Source: a virus
Taxonomy: Duplodnaviria; Caudoviricetes
Reading direction: 5' to 3' (one strand)
Length of the DNA stretch: 25,043 bases
IMG/VR virus record: IMGVR_UViG_3300042333_000092
Coordinates: 1-25,043 of that record
Below the pieces are notes generated by a model, which was not told the origin of the DNA, made no database searches, and saw only the letters and a list, made by a program, of their open reading frames with translations. This document shows, piece after piece, positions 18,557 to 25,043 of the stretch. A program made the translations under genes and the position numbers. Position 1 is the stretch's first letter; the number at the start of each line of letters is the position of its first letter.

Positions 18557-19227
18557 ACAATCGCCTCCCTATTATAACTAAAGTACTTTCTTCCAGCTAT
18601 AACTCCAACAGACTTTCCAGACTTTGCTCCTTGAGAAAACATAGCTGAAAATTCTTTTGGATTCCTTAATTTTTTCATAAGTGGCTCAAGTATTGAAAAA
18701 ACAAAATAAGAATTAAAAAACTCTTCTATTGCTCCTCCAAAACTTCCAGCAACTTGATCTCCTCCTGGATGAGCCACATAGATAGATTTTGTTGTAAAAA
18801 CCGTTTCGTCTCCATCTTGAAAAACAAGAACTGGAGAGTTCTTTGGAGAGATGGTTACGCTAATGGCGTTTTCCATAATCTCTGCTTTATTAGAAAATAC
18901 TTGTCCCGATTCTGAAGCTGGCTGATTGGACAAAACAAATTTTCCGTTAAGAAGAATAGATGTGTTTGTTGCATTAACATTTATCTTAAATAACCTTGAT
19001 GACCGATCCCCCGTTTTTTTCCATTCATACACATGATGAAGCATTTCTGGATTAGATCTTGCTTTAGAATCTATATACATGCCCAAAGCTTCAGCAGTAT
19101 ATCCTCCAAGAACCCTGTTAAATTCCAACCTATTTAAATTTATTCCTTGAATAAATCCTTCTGTGTATTGAACGGTATTCTTAAAAACTTTTTTAAAGTC
19201 ATTTGACTCTAGCTTGACAGTTATCAT
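18553..19227 (-). CDS. Neck / tail-completion protein (HK97 gp10-like position)
   Basis: 224-aa basic protein; 'ISPKNSPVLVF...VAHPG' motif as seen in gp10-like neck proteins; ATGA overlaps at both ends. Confidence 0.6.
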   Translation of the reverse strand: MITVKLESNDFKKVFKNTVQYTEGFIQGINLNRLEFNRVLGGYTAEALGMYIDSKARSNPEMLHHVYEWKKTGDRSSRLFKINVNATNTSILLNGKFVLSNQPASESGQVFSNKAEIMENAISVTISPKNSPVLVFQDGDETVFTTKSIYVAHPGGDQVAGSFGGAIEEFFNSYFVFSILEPLMKKLRNPKEFSAMFSQGAKSGKSVGVIAGRKYFSYNREAIV

Positions 19228-19658
19228 TTTTTCAAATCCTGTCTATCTGACCTGTTAAAGAAAATCTTATAGTACTCTATTTCATTCCAAGGATTAACAT
19301 AAGGCTCGACAGAGAGTATTTCATATATTACAGACTTTCCTTCTTCTTCAACGTATAAACTTGTATTTGTTCTTTTATCTTTTATATCAGTAATGATTAT
19401 ATTAGTTATAGGATAATATAAACCTTCTAAAGATACTCTAGGATCTTTTTTGGTTCTTCCAATTAACTTATCTTCATACTCAAAAAACTTACCACCTTTT
19501 ATTCCATCTCTTTCTACCGCCCCTAAAATTTCTGCATACCCCAAAAGGGTTTGATCAAGGCTCCAAGTTTTTTGTTCTATTCCAAGATCATCTTGAGACT
19601 CAGTAGAATAATAAATATCCATACTCATAGACATCAAGTGATCATAGCAGGAGTCCAT
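19224..19658 (-). CDS. Head closure / stopper protein (SPP1 gp16-like position)
   Basis: 144 aa, beta-rich; 'QDDLGIEQKTW' and 'YEILSVEP' pattern; TAATG overlap with the adaptor gene. Confidence 0.65.
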   Translation of the reverse strand: MDSCYDHLMSMSMDIYYSTESQDDLGIEQKTWSLDQTLLGYAEILGAVERDGIKGGKFFEYEDKLIGRTKKDPRVSLEGLYYPITNIIITDIKDKRTNTSLYVEEEGKSVIYEILSVEPYVNPWNEIEYYKIFFNRSDRQDLKK

Positions 19659-20614
19659 TATAGTACTCCAAGGCGGTATATGGGTATTGAGTAATTTTGC
19701 AAAATTCTATCTACTAAAAGATTTCCAGTTCCTCTTAAAGAAAGGTCACTATACTTTACCCTAAATTGATCTGTTTGATATTCTGTAACATATTTTTGGA
19801 TATAAGAAAGCCTTCCACATTTCATATCATCCATGAGCATTCTTGCTGCATCTTTAATATCTTGTGGAACTACGGGCCATCCAAAATCTCCATAAACTGT
19901 ATAATCCCAATCTCTTGGAAATATAGAAGGTCCTTTTATTTCTGTTAAAGCTAAAATTTGATCGTAGTCATCTCCATAAAGCATAAAAGAATCAGATGCC
20001 CCAACTGGGATGCTTACAGTCTTAGACTGTTGCCTATTATAACTACCGTCAACGCCTATGGTCATTGCAGTTTTATCTGGACTTAACATATAGGAATACT
20101 GTCCTGTAATTGGAGTAACTCTATCATAAACTTTTACATTGTTTTCATAGACAGCATTTATCTTGTTTGTTCTCTTAGATAGAGGTAGATAGTCTGCTCC
20201 AAGACCTGTGGTTTCTATTTCCCCGCGAGTATAGTAAAATCCTCCCACCATAGTGTCTATAATTTGTCTTGCAGTTCTTTCTAGATTAAGATACTCTTCA
20301 CTGTCACATCCAGGATCACCCAATAGCAATGGATTAATATACGGTCTGTAAATATACAGATTATCCATAACAACGGTTTCATCTGGTTCATCTTCTACAT
20401 CAAGGCTATAAATATAAAGAGAGTAGGTTTCATCATATTTTTCAAATGTTGTCGGAAGCTCATACGAAACAACACCATTTGAGTCTGATGTGAGTGTAAT
20501 TGATAGTTCTAATTCTGTATGATCGTCATAGATCTCCAGGGCATAGTCTGTGCTTGGCGTAAGGCCATCATAGGACACCGATAATGGAAAGGGTGTCTGT
20601 CTGAGTATGTTCAT
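19658..20614 (-). CDS. Head-tail adaptor/connector with an extra N-terminal beta domain
   Basis: 318 aa; 'LERTARQIIDTMVG' and 'YTVYGDFGWPVVPQDIKDAARML' match gp6/gp15-like adaptor motifs. Confidence 0.72.
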   Translation of the reverse strand: MNILRQTPFPLSVSYDGLTPSTDYALEIYDDHTELELSITLTSDSNGVVSYELPTTFEKYDETYSLYIYSLDVEDEPDETVVMDNLYIYRPYINPLLLGDPGCDSEEYLNLERTARQIIDTMVGGFYYTRGEIETTGLGADYLPLSKRTNKINAVYENNVKVYDRVTPITGQYSYMLSPDKTAMTIGVDGSYNRQQSKTVSIPVGASDSFMLYGDDYDQILALTEIKGPSIFPRDWDYTVYGDFGWPVVPQDIKDAARMLMDDMKCGRLSYIQKYVTEYQTDQFRVKYSDLSLRGTGNLLVDRILQNYSIPIYRLGVL

Positions 20615-20617
20615 TTT

Positions 20618-21085
20618 TTATAGGCCGTAATGAGTTGCTACCTCTTGAGGGGTTGTTTTACGAACACCCTTACGAGTAAGCCACATTTCGGCTGCCTCCT
20701 TCGTAACAATGTTATATCCTTTGCTAACCGTTCCTACCGAAACCCAATTCATATTCTTTTCAGAATAAAGGGCAATCTTCTCACTAGAATCTTTTTTTTC
20801 TGATGAAACATCTTTTTTATTACTAAAAGTATTTGCTGATCCCACAATAACTACATTATTTTCGTTTTGTCTTGAATTAGACATAGGGATTCTTTTTCTC
20901 ACTACAGTCTTTTCAGATCCAATAACTTGATTGTCTTCTGCCTGTTCAACAACAGAAATCTTTGCATTTGTATTTAACAATACTGACAAGATAGAACTTT
21001 TTGTTTTTGCTTGAGAAATATCGATATAATTCTCTTCAGCATATTCTTTAAGCTGAGCAACAGTCATTTTTTCAAAGTTTGACAT
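20618..21085 (-). CDS. Small protein with an N-terminal Rho-N/HeH-like motif
   Basis: 'FEKMTVAQLKEYAEENYIDISQAKTKSSILSVL' fits the Rho-N/helix-extended-helix pattern. SD AAGGAAGG. Confidence 0.7.
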   Translation of the reverse strand: MSNFEKMTVAQLKEYAEENYIDISQAKTKSSILSVLLNTNAKISVVEQAEDNQVIGSEKTVVRKRIPMSNSRQNENNVVIVGSANTFSNKKDVSSEKKDSSEKIALYSEKNMNWVSVGTVSKGYNIVTKEAAEMWLTRKGVRKTTPQEVATHYGL

Positions 21086-21106
21086 TTATGTACCTTCCTT
21101 TAGTTA

Positions 21107-21115
21107 ATTATATCA
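21107..21115 (-). promoter_or_regulatory. Extended -10 promoter TGATATAAT downstream of the capsid hairpin
   Basis: Perfect TGnTATAAT, intergenic, followed by an SD and ATG at 21085. Confidence 0.7.
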
Positions 21116-21128
21116 GAATATGCTTGAA

Positions 21129-21152
21129 GGGGACCAGCTAATGCCAGTCCCC
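21129..21152 (-). terminator. Hairpin after the major capsid gene (terminator or mRNA stabiliser)
   Basis: GGGGACTGGC-ATTA-GCTGGTCCCC: 10-bp stem whose two G-U pairs work only on the minus-strand RNA. Only TT follows. Confidence 0.7.
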
Positions 21153-21173
21153 CACAAACTTATTTAGTTGTGA

Positions 21174-22316
21174 TTAGGAAGGGTCTACTGCTGCATCAGC
21201 ATAAGCTACTGCATCAAGTTCTTCCCATGCAATTCCGAGACGAACGAATACGGTGTATTCGATTGTGTCCTTCTTTGCTTGGTATTCACGGTTGACTGTG
21301 ATGTCGCGTTGGAATCCCCATACACGGTTAGCAGGGAATGTTAGGTCAACATAGTCTGCTGGGTAGTAAGGAACTTCAAGAACATCTACACCAAGCACTC
21401 GCGTAATGTTAGCATTACCGAATGTTTGTCCTGCACCATCAAGGTATGCTTGACGGTTACGCTCTGTACCTGCAACTCTTGGATCGAATGCTGCTGCGAT
21501 TGCATCAGCAAGGGTTCCGTTGTTAGCAACGATACCAGCAAAAGCATCTGTTCCTGCGTAGAAACGCAAGTTGCTCTTGACTGCACGGTACTTACGAGGC
21601 AATGCGTAAATGATTTGCTGCATTACTTCTGGGGTCCATGCATTGTTAGACACTGTGACGACTGCTTCATGAGCGTCTCCACTTGTCTTAACCTGATTGA
21701 CAAAACCATCCATAATTCCGAGGAATGGGTCAGCTCCGCCGTCACCATTAATTGCTAGGTCTTCGATATCATTAGCAAAAGCATTCGTCATCAAACGAAC
21801 GAGATGATCCTCCAGAGCGCCACCTTCGATATTATCTTCAAGTGCCTCCGTTGAAACTTCCCAGTCAAGACGAATCTTCTTTGTGGTAAGTTCTACCTTC
21901 GAGAAGGTTGCACCTGCGTTTTCATAACTACCAAGTGCCTGTGCTGCTGCACGAATAACACGCTCGCCAACGTTGACTTTTTCGATCTCCATTGTGTTTG
22001 CTCGCATGGTTACTCTGCGACCATCCTTAGCCAGGACTGTTCCATCCCAAACATAGTCGATAAAACGACGAGCCTGTTCTGGATTCAAAAGACCTGAAAG
22101 TACTCCTGTTGGATTAACAGCGTTTGGTCCTGTCGTATCTCCATAGTTAGCGTTTGGGACGTTACCCAATACACCAGCAGCTGGATCTACAACGGAACCG
22201 ATTCCACCTGCGGCAACTGCGCCTTCACCTTGGTAAAGACCTGGTGCTGCTGCTGGTTCTGGGCTCCATCCATCAGTTTCACTGCTTGGTTGATTCTTTA
22301 AAATTTTTTCTGACAT
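21174..22316 (-). CDS. Major capsid protein (HK97 fold)
   Basis: 380 aa after the protease; 'GLLNPEQARRFID', 'FSKVELTTKKIRLDWEVSTEALEDNIEG', 'DIEDLAINGD'. Strong SD GGAGGTGA at 22330-22323. Confidence 0.93.
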   Translation of the reverse strand: MSEKILKNQPSSETDGWSPEPAAAPGLYQGEGAVAAGGIGSVVDPAAGVLGNVPNANYGDTTGPNAVNPTGVLSGLLNPEQARRFIDYVWDGTVLAKDGRRVTMRANTMEIEKVNVGERVIRAAAQALGSYENAGATFSKVELTTKKIRLDWEVSTEALEDNIEGGALEDHLVRLMTNAFANDIEDLAINGDGGADPFLGIMDGFVNQVKTSGDAHEAVVTVSNNAWTPEVMQQIIYALPRKYRAVKSNLRFYAGTDAFAGIVANNGTLADAIAAAFDPRVAGTERNRQAYLDGAGQTFGNANITRVLGVDVLEVPYYPADYVDLTFPANRVWGFQRDITVNREYQAKKDTIEYTVFVRLGIAWEELDAVAYADAAVDPS

Positions 22317-22348
22317 TGTATTTCACCTCCATTTTTCTTTTTGTATTT

Positions 22349-22942
22349 TTATGCGAATAGGTCGGACTTTGTGAGGAAACGTCCACCCCATAGTGATTTG
22401 TTCTGAGTCTTTTCAAATAGAAAGGACTCCTGCACGACCTCTCCAAGGTCGCCAGACTTGCGAAAAGCGGTGTCTTTTTCTACTGCATCCACACGCTTTC
22501 CAAACTCATTCTTTACAGAATCAACATCTTGTTTAACACCCGATACGGTCTTGTTGAGTTCTTCTACTTTCTCGTTAAGAGCCTTAATGGTGTCAGCAAG
22601 CATGTTCATTGTAGAATTCATTTGATTGGCGACTGATTTTGTTGCCTCAATGCTTTCAGCATACGCTTTAGCTAGATCCTCATCATCAGACTTCTTCATG
22701 TCGCCCTTCATTTCTTCGGAATCATCTTCCTCTTCTTCGTCATCTGCTTCTTCGTCTTCCATCTTTTCAGTTGTTTCGGTATCTTCTGCCTTCTCAACTT
22801 CTTCTGACTTCAACTCTTCTGCAGCATCTTCTTTAACTGACTTCTCCACAACTTCTTCTACAGCGGCTTCTACTGTTTCTTCAGTAAGAACTTCTGCAAC
22901 TTCTGTTGCTTCGTCAGAATTTTTGATTACTTCATTTTCCAT
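22349..22942 (-). CDS. Putative nested capsid scaffolding protein (in-frame internal start, 197 aa)
   Basis: AAGGAGGT at 22957-22950, 7-nt spacer, ATG at 22942 (codon 246), placed at the start of the acidic region. Confidence 0.7.
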   Translation of the reverse strand: MENEVIKNSDEATEVAEVLTEETVEAAVEEVVEKSVKEDAAEELKSEEVEKAEDTETTEKMEDEEADDEEEEDDSEEMKGDMKKSDDEDLAKAYAESIEATKSVANQMNSTMNMLADTIKALNEKVEELNKTVSGVKQDVDSVKNEFGKRVDAVEKDTAFRKSGDLGEVVQESFLFEKTQNKSLWGGRFLTKSDLFA

Positions 22943-23677
22943 TTTGCTTACCTCCTTTGCATCATTTTTGATAGTAGAAAGAATAGACTTTACTACTTCT
23001 GACTTTTGTGCGTCATTAGTTTCAACAAAACCAATGTTCTCCATATTCTTATCGCATCTAGGACAGTCTGATGAACTATCAGAAGATAGTTGAACTGTAT
23101 CGTCCTCTTTACACCAGAATACGCTTTCAATGAGGGCTTTTGCAAGATATCCTCCTGCATGTCCCTTTTCAACACTAATGACATTTGCATATTGATTAGC
23201 AGGATTATCAACAAGGGAAAGTTCAAACAAGTCGTATTCTTTAATAATTCTAATTGACTTATCCATTTCCTTGTTGTATACATCTTCGTAATCTTTTACA
23301 TTGCCACCGATTGAAAATCCTGTGAGTGTTTTATCAAGAACCTTTTCCCAAGTATCTTGAGCACCCTTACTTACATATGCAGAAACATAAATTCCCTTAT
23401 ACAATTCTCCAGTTGTCTGATCGTAGAATGAGTCTTCTTTAAAAGATACTAGCTTTCCTACTGCCTTTTTGTCATCATGCATTTCTCGAATGTTTCCACG
23501 GAAGCCCTCAAAAGCTTTTATGCTTGCTTCTGAAGGAACAACGTCATTCTGCCTGTCGATGTTATCCAAAGTAGCGAATCCTGACACGATTCTTCTTTCA
23601 ATGTCAACCTTAGCTATAGGCATTGATAGCCTTAAGCTGTTTCCTTCTGATTCCCAATGAGCTTTAGAAATTTCCAT
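22349..23677 (-). CDS. Prohead maturation protease (HK97 family) fused to an acidic/coiled-coil scaffold region
   Basis: 'IVSGFATLDNIDRQNDVV', 'REMH', 'TGFSIGG' and 'ELSLVDNPAN' are the HK97-type protease motifs; the C-terminal half is E/D-rich, then coiled coil. Confidence 0.9.
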   Translation of the reverse strand: MEISKAHWESEGNSLRLSMPIAKVDIERRIVSGFATLDNIDRQNDVVPSEASIKAFEGFRGNIREMHDDKKAVGKLVSFKEDSFYDQTTGELYKGIYVSAYVSKGAQDTWEKVLDKTLTGFSIGGNVKDYEDVYNKEMDKSIRIIKEYDLFELSLVDNPANQYANVISVEKGHAGGYLAKALIESVFWCKEDDTVQLSSDSSSDCPRCDKNMENIGFVETNDAQKSEVVKSILSTIKNDAKEVSKMENEVIKNSDEATEVAEVLTEETVEAAVEEVVEKSVKEDAAEELKSEEVEKAEDTETTEKMEDEEADDEEEEDDSEEMKGDMKKSDDEDLAKAYAESIEATKSVANQMNSTMNMLADTIKALNEKVEELNKTVSGVKQDVDSVKNEFGKRVDAVEKDTAFRKSGDLGEVVQESFLFEKTQNKSLWGGRFLTKSDLFA

Positions 23678-23687
23678 ATTAGTTACT

Positions 23688-23696
23688 ATTATACCA
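23688..23696 (-). promoter_or_regulatory. Extended -10 promoter TGGTATAAT upstream of the protease gene
   Basis: Perfect TGnTATAAT 10 nt before the ATG, with no SD in between. Confidence 0.7.
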
Positions 23697-23713
23697 ACTT
23701 TTTTATCAAAATG

Positions 23714-25043
23714 TTATGAAGTACGTCTTCCTTCGCCAGCAGGGTTTCTTCCAGTGGTTGTAGCAACACTATCAGATGCATTATTTGCTCTTTCTGTGTC
23801 TCTTTGTCTGTTCCCTGCAAGATCTGCACGGGCATCAGTTGCCTGTCTTGGAGTCATTTCAAAAACTTCATCTCCATCTGGACGATGAGGCATTCCAAGT
23901 TGTTCTCTCGCTTCGTTTGGAGTGATAACTTGAGTCTTGAGATATCTTTCCAGAATCTGAGATTGAGAAACTTCATCAGTAAGAGTAAGTTCCTTAAACT
24001 TAAGACTAACCAAATCTGTTTTTGTTCTTACAACCTTATTAATCATTTTTTCAATATATCGTTGTGCTGGTCTTGTTACTTGTTCCTTAAAAGTTCTATC
24101 TTGAGACAATGCTGCTGCAAGACCTCCTGCATCTACACCGCCCAACTTTGAAAGAGGAACCTGATGTGCCATCAAAATGTTGTCACGATTTTTTTGATGA
24201 TATTTATCAAAAGAAGCTTCTTGAACATTTGCTTCAATCGGAACCATTGTAAATTCAATCTTGTTTCCATCTTGATCCGCAGGAAGTGGGACGTACAGAG
24301 TTCTATGATTCTGTCCCTTAAGACCTGTTTGCAAGAATCTAAACAATCTATCCTCTGACTCACTATCAAGCTTTGCTCCCTTTACAACAACAATGTATCT
24401 TGGAACTGCTTTATTTTCAAAGTAGTCAATATTAAATTGAGCAGCAAGCTGATCTCCCTTCAAAGAAAGATAAGCAGAAAGAATATCGGGTACGCCATAA
24501 AAAGTATTCAAAGGGGAATATGCCTTTAGGTGGATAACTTCGTTTGGTCTTGGATCTTCAGTAATTGGATTTGGATTAGTTCCCCCAAAGTTACGGAAAT
24601 AAACTACTTGTCCACTGACTATTTGTGTAAACCCATCTCTAATCCTTCTGACCCTCATGGTTGTTGCAGGAATGTGTCCAAAATATCCCACTTCACCCGT
24701 AACGGTTCTTCCTACTTCTATGTAGGCATTTCCTGTTGATTCAAGATCTAAGTTTACTTTTTCCATCGTTGTAAGAAAACTGTCATCGCTGTTTAGGCTT
24801 TCTATCCACTCAATAGCCTCACCCTTGATTCTCTCAAGTCTTTTCCTGGCTTTATCCATGGCACTTTGATTTTCCATGTTTTCCATACGAATAACTACGT
24901 CTGGGGCAGTCTCAAACCTATATCCAAGACCTACCGTGTTGGCTACCTTTGCATCAATAGCAGCATGGTTAGCAAAGTTTGTATCATAAAAGCTTGCCAA
25001 TTCATAAAGATTGTAAGGAGGGGTGATGACATCAAAAACACCA
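23714..25043 (-). CDS. Portal protein (PBSX/HK97-like family), 5' end outside the window
   Basis: The frame stays open past 25000 to the edge (GVFDVITPPYNLYELASFY). Motifs 'TGNAYIEV', 'HIPATTMR', 'NEVIHLK...FYGVPD', 'YFENKAVP', 'ITPNEAREQLG'. Confidence 0.93.
   Translation of the reverse strand, partial: GVFDVITPPYNLYELASFYDTNFANHAAIDAKVANTVGLGYRFETAPDVVIRMENMENQSAMDKARKRLERIKGEAIEWIESLNSDDSFLTTMEKVNLDLESTGNAYIEVGRTVTGEVGYFGHIPATTMRVRRIRDGFTQIVSGQVVYFRNFGGTNPNPITEDPRPNEVIHLKAYSPLNTFYGVPDILSAYLSLKGDQLAAQFNIDYFENKAVPRYIVVVKGAKLDSESEDRLFRFLQTGLKGQNHRTLYVPLPADQDGNKIEFTMVPIEANVQEASFDKYHQKNRDNILMAHQVPLSKLGGVDAGGLAAALSQDRTFKEQVTRPAQRYIEKMINKVVRTKTDLVSLKFKELTLTDEVSQSQILERYLKTQVITPNEAREQLGMPHRPDGDEVFEMTPRQATDARADLAGNRQRDTERANNASDSVATTTGRNPAGEGRRTS

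Noticed and set aside
17982-22392. The long-range inverted repeat as ends of an invertible DNA segment
   Set aside because: Imperfect, no recombinase in the window, and inversion would flip the capsid and neck genes and break the scaffold C-terminus.
24998-25000. TTG start for the portal at 25000
   Set aside because: The frame is open to the window edge with portal-like sequence; the true start lies outside.
1-25043. tRNA, CRISPR array, intein/intron, IS element, sheath gene or stop-codon reassignment
   Set aside because: Intergenic gaps are at most about 100 bp and accounted for. I saw no spaced repeats or splice/transposase motifs, and genes tile the strand in the standard code.

Overview
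All 25 kb is one minus-strand virion morphogenesis module of a tailed dsDNA phage (Caudoviricetes), AT-rich and read in the standard code (TAA, TAG and TGA all act as stops). In transcription order: portal (5'-truncated), HK97-type prohead protease with an acidic scaffold tail, major capsid protein, Rho-N/HeH-like small protein, head-tail adaptor, head closure, neck protein, tail terminator, major tail tube, tail assembly chaperone with a -1 frameshift, a 3139-aa tape measure protein, Dit-like protein, 1849-aa tail-tip hub, a Pro/Gly-linker protein and the start of another tail protein. No sheath gene is present, so the morphology is probably siphovirus. The main hidden signals are: (i) an 18-bp complementarity between the predicted 5' end of the major tail mRNA and the mRNA just upstream of the major capsid gene; (ii) a scaffold gene nested in the protease gene; (iii) a tape measure protein with a duplicated C-terminal motif and an exact in-frame 16-bp direct repeat 7023 bp apart; (iv) four small beta modules inserted in the tail tip; (v) repeated hairpin plus TGnTATAAT cassettes. 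Product calls rest on motif recognition and synteny; no database search was run.
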